The notes beneath the pieces were generated by a model. It searched no databases. It saw only the letters and a program-made list of their open reading frames with translations, and was not told the origin of the DNA. A program made the position numbers and the translations under genes. From NCBI RefSeq assembly GCF_006345805.1, contig NW_021832018.1, positions 1 through 35,470 of the forward strand: a DNA stretch of 35,470 bases, written 5' to 3'. Origin of the DNA: Octopus sinensis. Taxonomy: Eukaryota. Below are positions 1-12,299 of this stretch, in pieces. Each line of letters opens with the position of its first letter. The first letter of the stretch is position 1.

Positions 1-504
1 CGTCAAGTGCGTGGAGTGTTGCCCTGGATCAAAAGGATGGCTCCTGGAACACCCTATGTCTGGCAACAGGGCTCTGCACCATGCCACACAGGCAGGGGAG
101 CACCACCTTTAACATCTAGCCACCTAACTCCCCAGATTGTTATCTCCTTGATTATTATGTGTAGGCACACAGTTAGTTAGTTAGTTAGTTAGGTTAATTT
201 GGCTCAAAAGCAAATAGCAAGGCCATGTAGGGGGAGCGAGAGACCGACAAAACTCCTTGTTACACCGAAGATGAACTGAAGGCAAGAATTATGGCAACAT
301 TCACCAACTTAAACAAGGAGACCGTCCAGAAGAGTTACAAGAGATTCCGAAGTCGTCTGGAGGCCATGGTTGTAGCAAATGGCGATTTTATTGAATAAAT
401 TTACTCTTTACTATTTCAAGACATTTTTATGTTATTTTGGTAAATATATCTGTTAAAATGAGATATAGTTATTTTCGTTTTTGCGTAATTTAGACGACAG
501 TGTA
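1..504 (+). mobile_element. Decayed Tc1/mariner-superfamily (maT/DD37D-like) transposon, 3' part, running off the window start
   Basis: Translates to PWIKRMAPGTPYVWQQGSAPCHT...PPNSPDCYLLDYYV*, then after an insertion ERETDKTPCYTEDELKARIMATFTNLNKETVQKSYKRFRSRLEAMVVANGDFIE*. Same family as 21382-21890. Confidence 0.85.
175..233 (-). mobile_element. 59-bp insertion with (TAAC)n tail inside the maT remnant, probable 5'-truncated retroposon
   Basis: (GTTA)n plus unique sequence interrupts the transposase between CAGTT and GAGCGAGAGACC. The second copy is uninterrupted at this site. Confidence 0.55.
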
Positions 505-843
505 TTCATCGCATATATATGACACAAGATTATAAAGTTTCTGATTCTGAATAAATGACATAGAAACTTTTCGATTATAAATTATAATTTCTAATTAAAT
601 TTAAAAACTGAAATATAAATTTTTCATAATATATTTCATTATTCATTTCATTGTATATCTGCGTATGTGTGAATTTATGGAAATATTAGAGAATCACAAT
701 GAGATATACCATGTAATTAAAACTTCGTATAAAACAGTAAAAATTTGTCTGGTTTAATATATTTTTTAATGAGCAATAAATTGTCAATAAATTATCGGGC
801 TGAAAACCGGCTTTATTACAATTTATGCAAATGTTATAACATA

Positions 844-1110
844 GGGGCAGGCATTTTGTACGTGGTTAAGAAGTTCGCTTTGCAATCATATGGTTTCAGA
901 GTCAGTCCCACTGTAAGCCATCTTTGGCAAGCGTTTCTGCTACAGCCCCGTACCGACCAATGCATTGTCAATGGATTTCGTAAACGGAAACTGTGTGGAA
1001 TCCTGGCGTGGGTGTGTTTGTGTTTGTGTATGTACGTGTGTGTATTTGTGTGTAAATTTGTCAGCCACCAACGCTCGGCAACCGGTGTGGGTTTGTCTAC
1101 GTCTCCCTAA
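844..1110 (+). mobile_element. Degenerate tRNA-derived SINE
   Basis: GTGGTTAAGAAGTTCGCTT...GAGTCAGTCCCACTG head, ACGGAAACTG body and (GT)n, similar to 29278-29520. Confidence 0.65.
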
Positions 1111-1118
1111 CGTACCAG

Positions 1119-1487
1119 TTCTGTTACTTGTTTCAGTCATTTGACTGCAGCCATGCTGGAGCACCACATTAAGGAATTTTAGTCGAAGAAATCTTTGTAA
1201 GCCTAGTATTTATTCTATCAGTTTCTTTTGCCGAACCGCCAAGTTACGGGGACGTAAACACACCAACATCGGTTGTTAAGCGATGGTGTGTGTGTGTAGT
1301 GGACAAACACAGACAAACACACAAATACACCCACACATAGAATTGGCTTCTTGCAGTTTCCAAATCCATTCACAGAGCTTTGGTTAGCCTGAGGCTATAG
1401 TAGAAGACACTTGCTCAAAGTGCCACGCAGTGGGACTGAACCCGGAACCATGTGGATGTGAAGCAAGCTTCTTACCACACAGCCACA
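1119..1487 (-). mobile_element. Near full-length tRNA-derived SINE
   Basis: Minus strand reads TGGCTGTGTGGTAAGAAGCTTGCTT...GGTTCCGGGTTCAGTCCCACTGCGTGGC, internal (GT)n, and tail GGTGCTCCAGCATGGCTGCAGTCAAATGACTGAAACAAGTAA. Several related copies are in the window. Confidence 0.9.
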
Positions 1488-1518
1488 TAACCAAGTATAT
1501 ATGTGTGTACGTGTGTAT

Positions 1519-1685
1519 TTATCTTTTACTCGTTCCAGTAACTTGGACTATGGCCATGCTGGGGCACCACCTTAGAGGAATCGAAGTCATTCGACTATTT
1601 TAAAGTCTGATATTTATTCTATAGATCTCTTATGCCGAACCGCTAAGTTACGAAGATGTAAATAAACCAACACCTGTAATCAAGC
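1519..1685 (-). mobile_element. SINE 3' fragment (same family as 1119-1487)
   Basis: GCCATGCTGGGGCACCACC and GCCGAACCGCTAAGTTACG match the neighbouring copy. Confidence 0.8.
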
Positions 1686-1855
1686 TGGACATTTGCAACA
1701 CCAGCACGAAAAAACATGCGCACATACACGCGTGCATGCACACACACTCACAATCACACATGTACACACACATAGACATGCACATACATATAGGGAGAGT
1801 TTAGGAAAAAAAAAAAACAAAAGACGAAGACAGGTGGTGTACAAAACAAACATAT

Positions 1856-2012
1856 GTATTAGTATAACGCTCAATAATAGAAAAAAATCTTTTACATTTC
1901 GAGCCTACGATCTTCTACAGAAATGGACACAGAAAAAACAAGGAGAGAAACAAGGGGGAGAAAAAAAGGAGAGAAAAATGTGTGTAGTGGCTAACGATCT
2001 ATCATGGCGACA
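1856..2012 (-). mobile_element. Penelope-like terminal-repeat remnant with variant hammerhead motif (1889-1923)
   Basis: Minus strand TTT-CTGTAGA-A-GATC-GTAG-GCTC-GAAA-TG-TA-AAAG. Homologous to 9715-9850. Confidence 0.55.
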
Positions 2013-2022
2013 TACATACAGA

Positions 2023-2035
2023 TATATATATATAT

Positions 2036-2103
<68 letters not shown>

Positions 2104-2116
2104 ATATATATATATA
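2023..2116. repeat. (TA)n microsatellite (one of more than 20 in the window)
   Basis: Direct reading. Confidence 0.97.
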
Positions 2117-2212
2117 CAGACACATTGTATTGTATGTCAAGTATTCAGAAGCTTCGAGAGTTGTGAAATGTTTTTTTTAAACAGTGGGGCGCAAAGTAGT
2201 TCATAGAATCAC

Positions 2213-2305
2213 CTGCAATTACTGGTCTTGCTGACAATACCAAGTTGCTGCAAAGTATGTAATGAGTTTGGAGAACCAAATACTTTTCTACTAAGAGTTG
2301 TCCAT
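2213..2305 (-). other. Candidate internal exon (93 nt, phase 1-1)
   Basis: CATTATTTTTTAG acceptor and CAG|GTGATT donor. Open as xGQLLVEKYLVLQTHYILCSNLVLSARPVIA. No homology recognised. Confidence 0.25.
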
Positions 2306-2422
2306 CTAAAAAATAATGAGCCAACGAAGGCTAAACAGCTGTTCACCAGCGCGGCGGGATATTGCACCTCATCCCCCACCAAGCTACTGCAAACTTAGCC
2401 AGAGCTACTTCTACTCTGAGAA

Positions 2423-2900
<478 letters not shown>

Positions 2901-3014
2901 ACATACACATACAAACATTCATGCGAAGAGTACGTTAATATTGCAAGTGTCCTAGAGGGGTGGGGTGGAGCGATTAAACCACAGAAGCCATCAGCTGGCA
3001 CAGGATCCATTTAC

Positions 3015-3080
3015 TTGTGTTCAAGTTGTTTAGAGCCTGGTTCGTTGCATTACATACTCCAAACACGGTCCACTGTGCTA
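3015..3080 (-). other. Candidate internal exon (66 nt, phase 1-1)
   Basis: TTTCCTTTCTTCATTGTACAG acceptor and CAA|GTAAAT donor. One open frame, [22 protein letters not shown]. Confidence 0.25.
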
Positions 3081-3862
3081 CTGTACAATGAAGAAAGGAA
3101 ATTTAATTTTCATTTGAACAACAATGTTGCTATCAAGAACATATGACGTGATAGTGTGAAAATGATTGTGAAAAAGTGAAATAGCTTTAAACGAAATATT
3201 TAACTGAAAGTTATTCAATTTCTGTTAATTACTATTTTTTTTGCAACCAAGATAGGATTTTTGACATCTAACTGCGCATAAAAAGTGAAATATTTCATTA
3301 TAGTCGAATTGTTTACAGACGTATTTTTCCAATTTTATTTACTTGGGGTTTAGAATATTTTCAATAATTTAAATCTACTTTTCGTTTCGTATATATATTT
3401 TTTTTATACAATATCGTTTATTTACTTTTAATTATATTTTATTATTTATTTATATTTGTATTTTTATTATGTTTTTAATGAAAATTTCAAGTTGAAACAA
3501 ACAACCAAACACAAAATACTTCAGAAAAATGACAAGTTATCATAGCTACCAATAAAAAATTTGTTCCTCCAGAGGTTTGCGTTATAATTAATTAATATCT
3601 AGAAGTAAACAAATAGAAAGATATGTTAAGATGCTTTCATGAAAATAAAGTAAATATTTTATACTTCAAGTATTGCTTTTGAAACTTCTTGCATGTCGAA
3701 ATTCAATTTAAATGAAATTAAAAACAAATTCTAGTTATCGCCCGACAGCAAACTGGCGAAGTCGTTAGAATATTCGGTAGATCTTTTCCCTCGTGATATT
3801 TATTCTTACTTCGCAAAATATTGAAACTTCCGAAGCGGCGCCCCACTGCTGGATGCAGTTTA

Positions 3863-4257
3863 TAGGAGGTGGTGTCAAAAAGTTCCCGGACTTGTTCTGT
3901 AGCACAGCAACAGATGGCAGCACACGGTTGCGTGCGCAGTGAGAGCTAGCAGTGACCTTTGTCAGGCAGTGTACCGAGTGACATCGCTATGTTTTCTTCG
4001 CAAGTTGTGAAGTTCGTGTTTTTATGATTACATGTATGTTGTGGTCTGCGATTTATGTCATGGAGAGGATGTTGGAACAGAGAGCCAATGTGAAATTTTA
4101 AACTAAACTTGATGGTTGGGGGAGGACGTTCTACTACAGAGATATTGAGCATGCTTTGACAATCTTACGGTGACGTGGCAATGGGTCGTACGCAATGTTT
4201 CGAGTGGCATGGGTACTTCAAAAGCGGAGCAACGTCCCTGGAAAACGATGAACGAGT
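3863..4257 (+). mobile_element. Mariner transposon 5' fragment (TIR plus transposase N-terminus)
   Basis: TA followed by GG..GGTGTCAAAAAGTTCCCGGACT TIR-like start. ATG at 4060 gives MERMLEQRANVKF*TKL / STTEILSML*QSYGDVAMGRTQCFEWHGYFKSGATSLENDER (mariner HTH region, with stops and frameshift). Confidence 0.85.
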
Positions 4258-4520
4258 CCGCGGTCGTAGGATCGCAGTTTCGATTCCCAGGCCGGGCGTT
4301 GTGAGTGTTTATTGAGCGAAAACACCTAAAGGTCCACGAGGCTCCAGCAGGGAGTGGTGGTGATCCCTGCTGTACTCTTTCGCCACAACTTTCTCTCAAT
4401 CTTTCTTCTGTTGGCCTGCCCGCTTAGCCAGCGGGGTGGCGTCATTTGAAGCTAAAATACAATGCGAAGTGCATTGTGACCAGCGATGTGTAGCAACATC
4501 TGACAGCCTGTCGGTCACGG
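4258..4520 (+). mobile_element. 5'-truncated tRNA-derived SINE
   Basis: CGCGGTCGTAGGATCGCAGTTTCGATTCCCAGGCCGGGCGTTGTGAGTGTTTATTGAGCGAAAACACCTAAA matches 33408-33794. Confidence 0.9.
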
Positions 4521-4549
4521 AGATGAAGGTGATATATATATAATATATA

Positions 4550-4599
<50 letters not shown>

Positions 4600-5064
4600 T
4601 ATATATATATGTAATTTAAGTATAATTATAGAATTATCATAAGGTCATTGGAACGACAACTCCTGTACGCTAGAAGTAGACCTCAAATGGTCTACAAACC
4701 ACATAAGTTATTACTTCATTACCACAAGGTAGTATGCGAGAAAAATGGGTAGAAAAGATTTATACAATATTGTGGATAACACTATATCTTAAGATTTTAC
4801 GGTTTTCGATATTAAAAACGCTTTCCGCTCTTCAGTAGTGCAAACCGATGGTAAATAAATGAGAAATACACATTCTTACCATAGATATGCAGTCGTACAA
4901 ATACGAACAATATACATGCATTATTTCACATATATAAACGTAGTCAAATCCGAACGTCCATTTCAACCATGTGCTTATTTACTCAGAATAATCAGAATAA
5001 TTCTGCAGCCTAATATGTTTGTGGCCACTGATAGATAGTTAAATAATGACCTTATCCAAATTAC

Positions 5065-5122
<58 letters not shown>

Positions 5123-5636
5123 TTAATATATATATATGTAGTATGTATGTATGTATGTAGTATGTATGTATGTATGTATGATATATATATATATACATAT
5201 ATGTATTATAATATAATATATTATTATTAATATCAGGTAATCAATACTTACCATTCGTTAATTTATACAAATTTCACATTGATATTTCTGAGGAGCAGAA
5301 GAGTTATCTATAACTATAAATCATTATCAATATAGGATTCCATTATTCTATATTATCTAAGTCTATGAACTATATTTGGAATACAGGACAATATAATGGA
5401 TTTTACACATATCTATTATGGATTATTATAGAAGACTTACCAAGGAAGCATATATAGATTTAAAGACTCTCAAACTAAAGTGTACTTACCAATATGAAAA
5501 GCAGTAATTTTTAATTTTTAATTTATTTTTCAAACAAACACCATTTTCCCATATTACTTCATATTTATAACCCCCCCCCCCCAAAAAAAAAAAAACTACC
5601 TTTCGATAAATTATATAAATTTCAAATTTTATATCT

Positions 5637-5730
5637 CTGAAGAGCAGAAGATTTGTCTATAAATGCTTATCAATATACGATTCCATTATAGGGACAGCAC
5701 TTCTGCGAAACTTAATTAAAAAATTAATTC
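5637..5730 (+). ncRNA. Degenerate hammerhead ribozyme motif (PLE terminal repeat)
   Basis: CTGAAGA-GCAGAAG...CTTCTGC-GAAA (7-bp helix II), then AC-TTAATT-AAAA-AATTAA-TTC. Helix I is poor. A partial upstream duplicate lies at about 5288-5346. Confidence 0.5.
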
Positions 5731-6010
5731 AAAACTTTTAAACTGTCATATTTATTATTATATATTTATACTTATATCTATTTACTTATATTTATATATA
5801 TTTATATTTTTAATACAACAAATCTTTTAAACACGTATATATCTTTCTGAAGAATTTTCTAATATTCATTTCCTGATATTAATAATAATATATTATAAAA
5901 TATATATAATCATTTGTATTAAATAGCTAAATACTTAAATAGTATTAACACTTTGATACAATAGAGCAGTCGATATAAATCAGTAATAATATCCCCATTG
6001 AATATATTAA

Positions 6011-6062
<52 letters not shown>

Positions 6063-6308
6063 ATATATATATTTATATATATATAGATATATATATATAT
6101 ATATATAATATATATTTCTTTATTAGCCACACAGGGCTGCACACAGACGGGACAGATTAGAAAGTAGAAAAAAAAGAAAAAATGGTGAGGTAGGTTTTTC
6201 GATCAAAAGGGATCGTAAAAGGGAAAGAAGAAAAAAAAGGAAAAGAAACAAAAGAAAAGAAAAAAGAAGAGAAAAAAACGATCAGTAGGGATCGTGTATC
6301 ACAGTGTC

Positions 6309-6383
<75 letters not shown>

Positions 6384-6931
6384 AATGATATGGCATCGGA
6401 ACTGTCCGAAGACGAAACGATGGATAATAGTGCACAGATCGGAAATAAAATAGGTAAAAACAAAATAAAGAAATAATGAAAATAAAAATATTTTGTTGCA
6501 GACTAGAAAAAAAAACACATCTTATTTCGGATTGAAATAATACAATGATATTTGACACACATGAGCTTTTTTCAGTATTTTTGTAATGTGGAATAAATGA
6601 AGAGAAACAATATGGAAACCTACTTTGATATGTGAAGTGATACAGTTATTCTGAACATATTCCGTACATTCTATTGAACTAGTAAAAACAAAAAACAAAA
6701 AGCAAAACAAGAACTACAGGGGTCACTGAAGGAATATATTATTTGGTCGCATTGTCTTATATAAAGCAGCTCTAAGTGATTTTACTCTGCACTTTTAAAA
6801 AAGAAGTCTTTTCGCCGAAACAGTAGTACATTCTATTGACAAAAAGCTTTAACGTAGGAATAATTCGGATATACGTTTCGACGACTATTCTTTTAAAGAA
6901 TTTATAGTTAGTTCGTGTGATGTATGTCTGC

Positions 6932-6967
<36 letters not shown>

Positions 6968-6969
<2 letters not shown>

Positions 6970-7112
6970 AGTCTCATTTCAGTTTCCGTCTCCCAAACCC
7001 ACTCACAAGGTCGGCGCGAGGCTATAGTACTTGCTCAAGGTGCCACGCAGTAGGACTGAACCCGGAATCATGTCGTCGGGAAGCAAGCTACTTACCACAC
7101 AGCCACACCTGC
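6968..7112 (-). mobile_element. SINE 5' half
   Basis: Minus strand TGGCTGTGTGGTAAGTAGCTTGCTT...CCGGGTTCAGTCCTACTGCGTGGCACC. Confidence 0.85.
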
Positions 7113-7114
7113 AA

Positions 7115-7245
7115 GTAGATCGACGTCAGTACTATTTTTAAGTCTATTATTTGTTCTGTAGGTCTTTTCAGTCAAACTGCTAAGTTAGGGGAAGATGAAC
7201 AAACCAGCACCGGCTGTCAAGCAATGTATGGGACAAACATAAATA
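7115..7245 (-). mobile_element. SINE body fragment
   Basis: CTGCTAAGTTAGGGGAAGATGAACAAACCAGCACCGGCTGTCAAGC matches 25409-25821. Confidence 0.65.
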
Positions 7246-7365
7246 CATAGAGATACATATACATAAATACACATACGCCATATGTGTATTTATATATACA
7301 CATAAATATAAATGGTTTCCACACAGTCTCCGCTAAATATTCTACAAATGCGCTTGTTCATGCTG

Positions 7366-7615
7366 CTGCAACTATTACTGTTACTACGACTGCTACCACC
7401 ACCACCATCACCACCACCACCACCACTACCACCACCAGCACCACCACCAGCACCACCAGCACCACCACCACCACCAGCACCAGCACCACCACCACCACCA
7501 CCACTACCACCACTACCACCACCACCACCACCACCGCCGCCGCCGCCGCCGCCACCACCACCGCCACCGCCACCATCGACACCACCACCACCACCGCCGC
7601 CGCCACTACCGCTGA

Positions 7616-7663
<48 letters not shown>
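7366..7663. repeat. Compound (ACC)n/(GCC)n/(ACT)n trinucleotide repeat
   Basis: Direct reading. It explains four overlapping poly-T/P/G/V ORFs. Confidence 0.95.
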
Positions 7664-7715
7664 GTATATACATCTACTATTGATGGTTTGAAAGATTGAG
7701 ACAAGGCCGGTAAGA

Positions 7716-7884
7716 TGGGGGAGGTGGTGAGTCGATTACATCTACCCCATTGCTCAACTGGTACGTATTTTATCGACCCCCAAAAAGATGAAATGTAAAG
7801 TCTTCCTCGGCTGAATTTGAACTCAGAACGTAAAGACAGATGAAATGCCGCTAGGCGTGCTAACGATCCTGCCTGCTAGCCGCC
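7716..7884 (-). mobile_element. tRNA-derived SINE with CORE-like domain
   Basis: Minus strand GGCAGGATCGTTAGCACG...GTTCTGAGTTCAAATTC...GGTCGATAAAATACGTACCAGTTGAG. Five related copies are in the window. Confidence 0.85.
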
Positions 7885-8284
7885 TTTATACAATTGTGAA
7901 TAGTAGTATACCGCGATGAAGATGAGAATCAGAATGTTTACCTAGAGTGAGAAACGAGAGTAATTGTTTTATATAATATATCAGTATTGTATCACACTTC
8001 ATATACACCAACACACTGACATTTTATATATCAAGCCCATACAATTAATGAGAATAATTTAATTTCATTAAGTCCATTGTCGATCAATCATTAAATTGTT
8101 TCTTATGATGTTTTAAAATTCATCCACCTCGTCGAAGCGCAGGCTTCAATAGTTTAGAGAAATTCCTGTAGATATTATACTTTAACGTTAAGTGATTCGA
8201 ACATCACTAATTGATAGAACAGATATGTGGAAAATCAGATTTCAATAATTTTCGTGTAATACACACACGCACACACACACAGAC

Positions 8285-8525
8285 GGGGATGCATGTGGAT
8301 TAGTGGATAGCGTGTTACATTCATGATCATAAGGTTGTGGTTTCGATTTCTGGACCTGGCGATGCGTCATCTTTTTGAGCAAAACACATCATATCATTTT
8401 GCTCCAGTCCATTCGGGTAGCAAAAATGAGTAAACCTGCCACAAATCGGCGTCTCGTTCAAGGAAGAATGATTATAAGTCACAGAATACAGGAAACCGGA
8501 CAATGGGTCGGGGATGGGATGACAG
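8285..8525 (+). mobile_element. Degenerate tRNA-derived SINE
   Basis: GGATTAGTGGATAG (A-box-like), GGTTTCGATTTCTGG (B-box-like), TTGAGCAAAACAC...GCTCCAGTCCA body. Confidence 0.75.
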
Positions 8526-8569
8526 TTGAACTTACTTAATATATATATATTATATATATTATATATATA

Positions 8570-8642
<73 letters not shown>

Positions 8643-8887
8643 AAAGTCAAACTGTTATATATATAGTAGAAATATGTTACAAAAAGAAAATATAAAATAC
8701 ACGTGGAAATGTAAGGGTAAAATATGAAAATCAACGAAAATGCACATTGTAAATAAAAAAAGGCTTTTTATGACAGGTAACGACAAATATATACATTTAG
8801 ATAGACGGAGGTAGTAATAAGAGTCATAAAAGTCATTATTATGAGATGATTATAAGATGATATATGTACATATACTTATGAGGTTTT

Positions 8888-8940
8888 CTGAAGAAGGGGT
8901 CCTAACCCTGGAATATTGAAAAACAAAGTAAAAGTGCAAA
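8888..8940 (+). ncRNA. Degenerate hammerhead-like motif, same family as 34382
   Basis: CTGAAGA-AGGG-GTCCTAA-CCCT-GGAA, with the GAAA core mutated. The downstream flank resembles 34404-34435. Confidence 0.35.
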
Positions 8941-9043
8941 CCATCGACTTGCCCTATTTGTTATAAGTTACATTGTTAAAAAATTAGGCCCATCTGTATC
9001 AGACAATGCTTCATACAAATTATTATATATATATATATATATA

Positions 9044-9092
<49 letters not shown>

Positions 9093-9140
9093 GGTCCCGG
9101 TTGATTCGGGTTAACCACAGTAAATAAGGTACTCAATACT

Positions 9141-9192
9141 GAGCTTCCTGAAGATTTTCTTTGAATGAAACAGTTCTAGTCCTGAGAAGCTC
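9141..9192 (+). ncRNA. Degenerate hammerhead-like motif
   Basis: GAGCTTC-CTGAAGA-TTTTCTTTGAAT-GAAA-CAGTTCTAG-TC-ctga-GAAGCTC. A 7-bp helix I is present but offset by 4 nt. Confidence 0.4.
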
Positions 9193-9232
9193 CTTCTATA
9201 TAATAAATTATAAATATATATATATATATAAT

Positions 9233-9268
<36 letters not shown>

Positions 9269-9310
9269 ATATATATATATTATTATATATATTATATATA
9301 TATATATATC

Positions 9311-9357
<47 letters not shown>

Positions 9358-9714
9358 GTGTGTGTGTGTGTGCCTGTGTGTGTCTATTGTGTTTACATAT
9401 GTCCCTCTAGTGATGGCCTTTTGTATAAGGAAGATAATCATCCCTTTGTTACATGCAGTGGGATTAGGAATTCGAATTTGTAACCAAGGAGTTACGCGGA
9501 AGAAGATGCATAGTATTCTCATACTGAAATTTTTGTGTGTGCCTATTGGATCTGTACACAAACACGCACACAGCGCGCGCACACACACACACACACATAT
9601 ATATATGTATGTGTGTGTATATATATATATGTATATATATAGTCGGAATTTACAAAAAACAAAACAAAACAAAACAATAGATGATGACTGGTATGTAAAC
9701 AACAAACAGATGTA

Positions 9715-10030
9715 TTAGTTTAACGCTCGGGAAGTGAGAAAGTCTTTTACGTTTCGAGCCTACGCTCTTCAACAGAAAGGAACATAGAAATAAGCAGAGA
9801 GAGAAAATAAAAAGGTTTAGTGGCTAGAGATCAATCATGGCGAATGTCGGACAGAGGTGGTCAGACAGGAGAGCTAGGAAGAAGGAGAGGTAATAAAGTA
9901 GTGGTGATCCCAAAACGAAAGTGCGCGTGCGTGTGTGAGAGCGTGTATGTGCGTGTGGATAGCGGCTGGTGACCTTGACGTGTGCGTGTGTGCATGTGTA
10001 GGTGTATGGATGATGGTGTGGGTGCTGGGA
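9715..10030 (-). mobile_element. Penelope-like terminal-repeat remnant with variant hammerhead (9744-9779)
   Basis: Minus strand CTTT-CTGTTGA-A-GAGC-GTAG-GCTC-GAAA-CG-TA-AAAG. Homologous to 1856-2012. Confidence 0.6.
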
Positions 10031-10279
10031 AGTCGTCAGTGCTAGTGTGCGCGGGGTGATGTGATGTGGTGGGGTGGGGTGTGGTATGGTGGTGGGGTAT
10101 GTGGAAGTGGGATGTGAGGGTGGAGTGGGGTTGGAATGTGTAGGCGTGGGGTAACGATGGAGGGGTGACGATGAAAGGAGTGGGTGGAATGGAGAAGGTG
10201 GGTAGGAGTGAAGAGAGAGGAAGTAGGTGTTAGAGCAAGAGAGGAGAGGTGAGGTGGGTGGGAGTGAAGGGAGGAAGGA

Positions 10280-10282
<3 letters not shown>
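10030..10282. repeat. G-rich low-complexity tract (GGT/GGA runs)
   Basis: Direct reading. It has multiple GGG/GGGG runs. Confidence 0.8.
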
Positions 10283-10326
<44 letters not shown>

Positions 10327-10913
10327 CGATGATTTATTTTCGACAGATTCCAAAGTAGATATGCTAGTCACTGTTGTGTACGGTCAGGAGAATAACATTT
10401 CCCTTTTACTACGACAATGTGTTCCTAACATATTCGGTTCATTGGAGAAAGGGTGTTTTGACATGTAATGTCTCGTAAGATAAGACTACTGGGACCTTTG
10501 AGCCTAAACATGCCACTGACTCGGTTTATGATTTTTAGCGAACAAAATGTTTGCTGATCAATGCTAAACGATAAAAAGATTTTCATTTGCACTGTATACA
10601 ACGAGATCCGAAACGATTATTTGTATATTTATTATTAATATGTTCCGTCAGATTCAGCTGAATAATATGTGTGATAATATGTGTGTGTGTTGTCTTGTGT
10701 TGTGTGCTTGTATGCATGTGTGAGGCTGTGTATCTTTTGCAGATATATCAGAAAATATCAGCGAAATATGGCGACATCGTAAACTTTGAACACGTCCTTG
10801 TCAATGTGGCCGGCCCGTTTAAAAACCAGTAACAAACGACGTCGTTATTCCTCGATGATGATAAAATGGATTAAATATTTGCTGTTTATTCTTTAAGACG
10901 TTACCCTTACTAC

Positions 10914-10999
10914 GTCCTTCCTTCCTTCTTTCCTTCCTTCCTTCCTTCCTTCCTTCCTTCCTTCCTTCCTTCCTTTCTTACTTCCTTCCTTCCTTCCTT
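10914..10999. repeat. (TTCC)n microsatellite
   Basis: Direct reading. Confidence 0.95.
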
Positions 11000-12299
11000 A
11001 ATGTAAATTAAACGACGTTCGACAAATATATTCATGACAAACATTCACCTCTTCGACCCAAACATTCTCACGTTGTTCCACATTTAATTAAAATCATTCA
11101 ATCTGGCATTTTGCTCCAAATGTAGTTTTAATGTCCACTTAACGTTAAATAGGATAAAAAGTTAATTTACAGGCGAACTCGGACAAATAGTTCGATAACT
11201 GACAAAGAAATAAAACAAAACAACAAAAACTTCAGATAATAGCAACAAAAATCTCTCTTCTCGTCTTTATATTTCCTTCTTAAAAAAACGAAAAAAACAA
11301 AACAAAAACAATTTGCTGAAATCAAAACAGTTCCTACCACGACTATCAGGCATCGATATTCAATAATATTCTTACAACACTGACTTGAATTTATTTATAT
11401 TTTTTTGAATGTTTTATCGTCTGCTTTTCATTGAAGACATTATCTCAATAAACATGAAGGAAAGTACGAACAACTCATCAAAATTTATTACATTTTTATT
11501 GTTACGTCTGCTGGGTTCATGTAATCATAAATACATTTTCTTTTCTCTTTCTGCAAGTTCAATCTGACAAGGGGTTATCCAAGATTATCACTAGCAATGT
11601 GGATCCGAGAGATGTTTTACTAAGCGTGTCGGTATGTTTAGATGCTTATACAGACATGTCATTTCTCACTTAACAACCACCTTCTTCCATTGATATTTGC
11701 TGATATTTTCTCAACGAGAATTCTTGAAAATCAGATACAAATAGGTGATGTTATTGAGTGAAATTTTGTCTGTGGCAAATAAGACAACGAAAAAGAGGAA
11801 TTTCCGAAAGAATTCAATCAAAATTGGCTGTATATATTACATTCAGGCTAACAACCAGCTGGATGAGAGTGACACCGAAGACATAGATAAGAGTAGTTTC
11901 AAGCAAATCACTGGAAACAGATAGATCGTCTGTTGACAATTGTTTTTACTTTGGAGTTTACTTTCGTTTGGTATAATTTTATTTGGTTTCGTTCAGACGT
12001 CAAGATGTTCAATAATGACGTTAACAATACAGCTATTGCATTTACATTTGAATCAATATATAGCATAGATGAATTTTGTTTCTTTTATATCAGTTAGTTA
12101 GAAGGAAGAGAAGAAAAAGATGAGAGAGAGAGAGAGAGAGCGAGAGAGAGAAAGAAAGAAAGAAGGAAAGAAAGAGAGGAATTATAATTTTTGCACACTT
12201 TCACTCCCGGACTGGTGATATTGACGCCTAAGATGACTATCCAGAACAGCCGAACATTTGCAGAACAATAGCTGCAGGGAAAACCGTTAATTAGCAATC

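Noticed and set aside
4780-4835. CTGAAGA...GAAA on the minus strand
   Set aside because: No convincing helix II, helix III or helix I pairing, so it was not counted as an HHR.
5252-5287. Minus-strand mini-exon reading KYQCEIC (C2H2-like)
   Set aside because: All three frames have stops, there is no H..H, and it overlaps a PLE-type repeat.
10743-10828. Exon-like segment IYQKISAKYGDIVNFEHVLVNVAGPFKN (KYGD recalls P450 N-termini)
   Set aside because: The donor is weak, no compatible neighbouring exon was found, and the motif is too short.
11558-11631. Possible exon QSDKGLSKIITSNVDPRDVLLSVS
   Set aside because: AAG acceptor, phase incompatible with the 10743 candidate, and no recognisable homology.
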